From Macrostomum lignano (Eukaryota): a stretch of 64,000 nucleotides of DNA. Positions 61,949 to 64,000 of this stretch are shown one piece after another (within the stretch, counting starts at the first letter, position 1; each line of letters begins with the position of its first letter). Where the stretch lies: NCBI GenBank assembly GCA_002269645.1, contig NIVC01000906.1:248001-312000 (forward strand), read 5' to 3'. The translations under genes and the position numbers were made by a program. The notes under the pieces are model-generated. The model was not told the DNA's origin. It did not search any database and saw only the letters and a program-made list of their open reading frames with translations.

Positions 61949-62998
61949 TAAGAGGGTCTGCTAGCAGCCAACTTTAAAAAAACTTCACTTTACCTTTATT
62001 CTGCCAACGATTTCATATGTAAAATTGAGTAAAGCAGGAAAATTCCAAGCAGTCTATAAAGTGTTGCTTTTAACAACTTTTGAGAACAATTTTCTCCGGT
62101 TACATTGATGTATTGACAAGGTGGGAAGCCGTACAAAATATTGCCAGGTAGCTAATTAGAGCTTTCAATCAGGAACTGCAACAATAAGCTAAATAACAAG
62201 CACTATAGAACAGTTTTCACAAATGACTTTCTACATCAATTGGCTGCACCGGAGACTTTAACGGGGCGTCCGCACCACATGCCAACAAAATGCATAATTT
62301 ATCGTGGCTGGCTAAAAACAAAGAAAACTCTCGCCCCTGTGCCAACTTAGTCAAGGAGATTTTCAACAAAAATTCGGAGAGAGATTGTGGTGGCAATTTT
62401 TTTACTGCTAGTTCGAATACTTTTGAAGACTTTCTAAGAAATGAGGCGAAGTGTCTCAGAACTGATTAGAGAAAAAATGATGTAGCTAAAAAAACGGACA
62501 CTTTTGGAGAAGCGCTGCTCAATCCAGACTGTGCCTTTATAGGCCACCTCGGTTCACTCAAACAGTCTCTCGTAGCTTCTTTGCTAAATAAAATACGGCG
62601 GTACTGCGCCGGCAGAAGAACAGAATTTGCGGGGCTCCACCGGCCCAGCCAGAGAGAGGCGAGAGCTGAGCGGGTTTTTCTTCTGGACCTGGGAGGGAAA
62701 CAAAAACTTCCCAACAACGGTTGGCCCGACTAAGCCACATCTGCCCTCCTCTCAGACGCATCGTGCCTCATCTGCTAATAAGTTTTTTTTGGCCAGGTAC
62801 GCCTGCGCCATAGCGAGAGAACAAACTCATGCTCACTCGATCGCGGATTGGACGACGAGGGTTTGAAGCGTTTGGCAGTTCGGGCAGAGACTGGGCTGCA
62901 AGATTTATGGCTGGGACATTGTGCCCGCGGCCAGAGTTAAAACCAACCGACTTAGGCTCTGGCAAGCAAAGAATTGTACGCTCAAAAAATTGTTGACA

Positions 62999-64000
62999 AT
63001 GCTAGCTTCTGGTCTGCTGCTTGTGTTGCTGCTTCTAGGGGCTGGGTCGCTCGCCATCGGGCAGCTGGAAGACTGCCAGCGGTTCTTCCCGAGTAGCCAG
63101 TGCCAGTGCAGCTGGAAGTACGAATTTGGTCAGGGACATCTGGCTGCCGACTGCGGCTTCGCGCCCGGAGCTGCCGAGAGCCTGCGCCTGCTGCTTGGCT
63201 GCGCAGGCGGCGTGGCCGAAAACCTGGTGATCTCCCTGACTCGGATCGGACCGCAGGTGCTGAACCTGGTTGATCAGCTGCGCAGGATTCCCCGGCTGAA
63301 GTACCTGGATCTCAGCGACAATCGGATATCCAGCCTGCCAGCCGGTGCGTTTTCCTCACATGGCTTCCCCCAGCTCAAACACCTGGTGCTCGATTCGAAC
63401 AGGCTCGAATCTTTGGGACCGGGCAGCCTCGCACTGCAGGGACTCGAGCTGCTCAGCCTGGCGAGAAACCGCATCACGCGGATCTCCTCAGCCGCCTTCC
63501 ACGGCGTCAGGCTCAACAAGATCAACTTGACCAACAACTCCTTGGACTCACTGACCGCCTGGCCGCTGCTGATTCGGCGACAGAATTTCGACAAGCGACT
63601 CGTGCTGGTGCTGGACAACAACCGCATCGCCAATTTCAGCTTGGAAGGCGGCGATTTCGACTTCTTCACTGACGGCTGCGGCTCGAGGCTACAGCGGGTG
63701 TCACCTCGAGCCTGGTGGTCGCACTGCCACCTGTCGGAGATCAAACTGGAGATCAGCTTGTCGCAGAACCGAATCGTCAGCCTGACGGACCTCCTGGACG
63801 GTTGGGAAATCGATGGCGAGGTGATCAGACAGCTGGGCGAGCGGAGTGCTCTGGTGTTCTCAAATCTGGCTGGCAACCCGCTCAGCTGCGACTGCAGAGA
63901 CTACCGACTGTACAACTCGTCAGCGGGCAATGTCAGCAGCTTGCTTTTGAAGTACACGGTGCTGCCACCGTGTCACAGCCCCCCGAATCTACTTGGACGT
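62999..64000 (+). CDS. Signal-peptide-bearing extracellular leucine-rich-repeat protein, 3'-partial
   Basis: Open from ATG 62999 to the window end (334 codons; missing from the ORF track, probably because there is no stop). Signal peptide MLASGLLLVLLLLGAGSLAIG, N-cap cysteines (CQRFFPSSQCQC), LRRs such as LKYLDLSDNRISSL, LKHLVLDSNRLESL and LELLSLARNRITRI, and LRRCT LAGNPLSCDC...C. Confidence 0.88.
   Translation, partial: MLASGLLLVLLLLGAGSLAIGQLEDCQRFFPSSQCQCSWKYEFGQGHLAADCGFAPGAAESLRLLLGCAGGVAENLVISLTRIGPQVLNLVDQLRRIPRLKYLDLSDNRISSLPAGAFSSHGFPQLKHLVLDSNRLESLGPGSLALQGLELLSLARNRITRISSAAFHGVRLNKINLTNNSLDSLTAWPLLIRRQNFDKRLVLVLDNNRIANFSLEGGDFDFFTDGCGSRLQRVSPRAWWSHCHLSEIKLEISLSQNRIVSLTDLLDGWEIDGEVIRQLGERSALVFSNLAGNPLSCDCRDYRLYNSSAGNVSSLLLKYTVLPPCHSPPNLLGR

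Noticed and set aside
62798-62940. Short frame GLDDEGLKRLAVRAETGLQDLWLGHC resembling a cysteine-containing LRR
   Set aside because: It ends in TAA before the LRR gene's ATG and signal peptide. The resemblance is too short, and it is probably 5' UTR.

Overview
Eukaryotic (animal) genomic DNA. GC-rich spliced exons alternate with AT-rich intergenic DNA, and most introns carry minisatellites. This style suggests a macrostomid flatworm, which is an inference only. I reconstructed five spliced genes by hand with frame-consistent GT-AG junctions: DGCR8/Pasha (-, runs off the left edge), TRUB2 (-), TRAPPC6B (-), a 961-aa DUF1399/GRDP-like glycine-rich-domain protein (-) and an NFAT5-like Rel-homology factor (+). 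The 5' end of a secreted or membrane LRR protein (+) runs off the right edge, and there is one tRNA-Gly(GCC). Mobile DNA comprises a full-length dead mariner, a 5'-truncated Penelope-like element (RT plus GIY-YIG) sitting in a GATA microsatellite, and several MITEs. A 6.6-kb 19-bp satellite occupies 49.2-55.8 kb. The most notable observations are: two tandem minimal hammerhead ribozymes in the Penelope pLTRs; systematic CpG decay in the mariner that removes all three catalytic Asp residues and explains most of its TIR mismatches; a possible trans-spliced operon TRAPPC6B-TRUB2-DGCR8; and a TRUB2 with Ser at the catalytic-Asp position. There is no CRISPR array or prokaryotic system. Most long ORFs in the ORF track are translations of tandem repeats.
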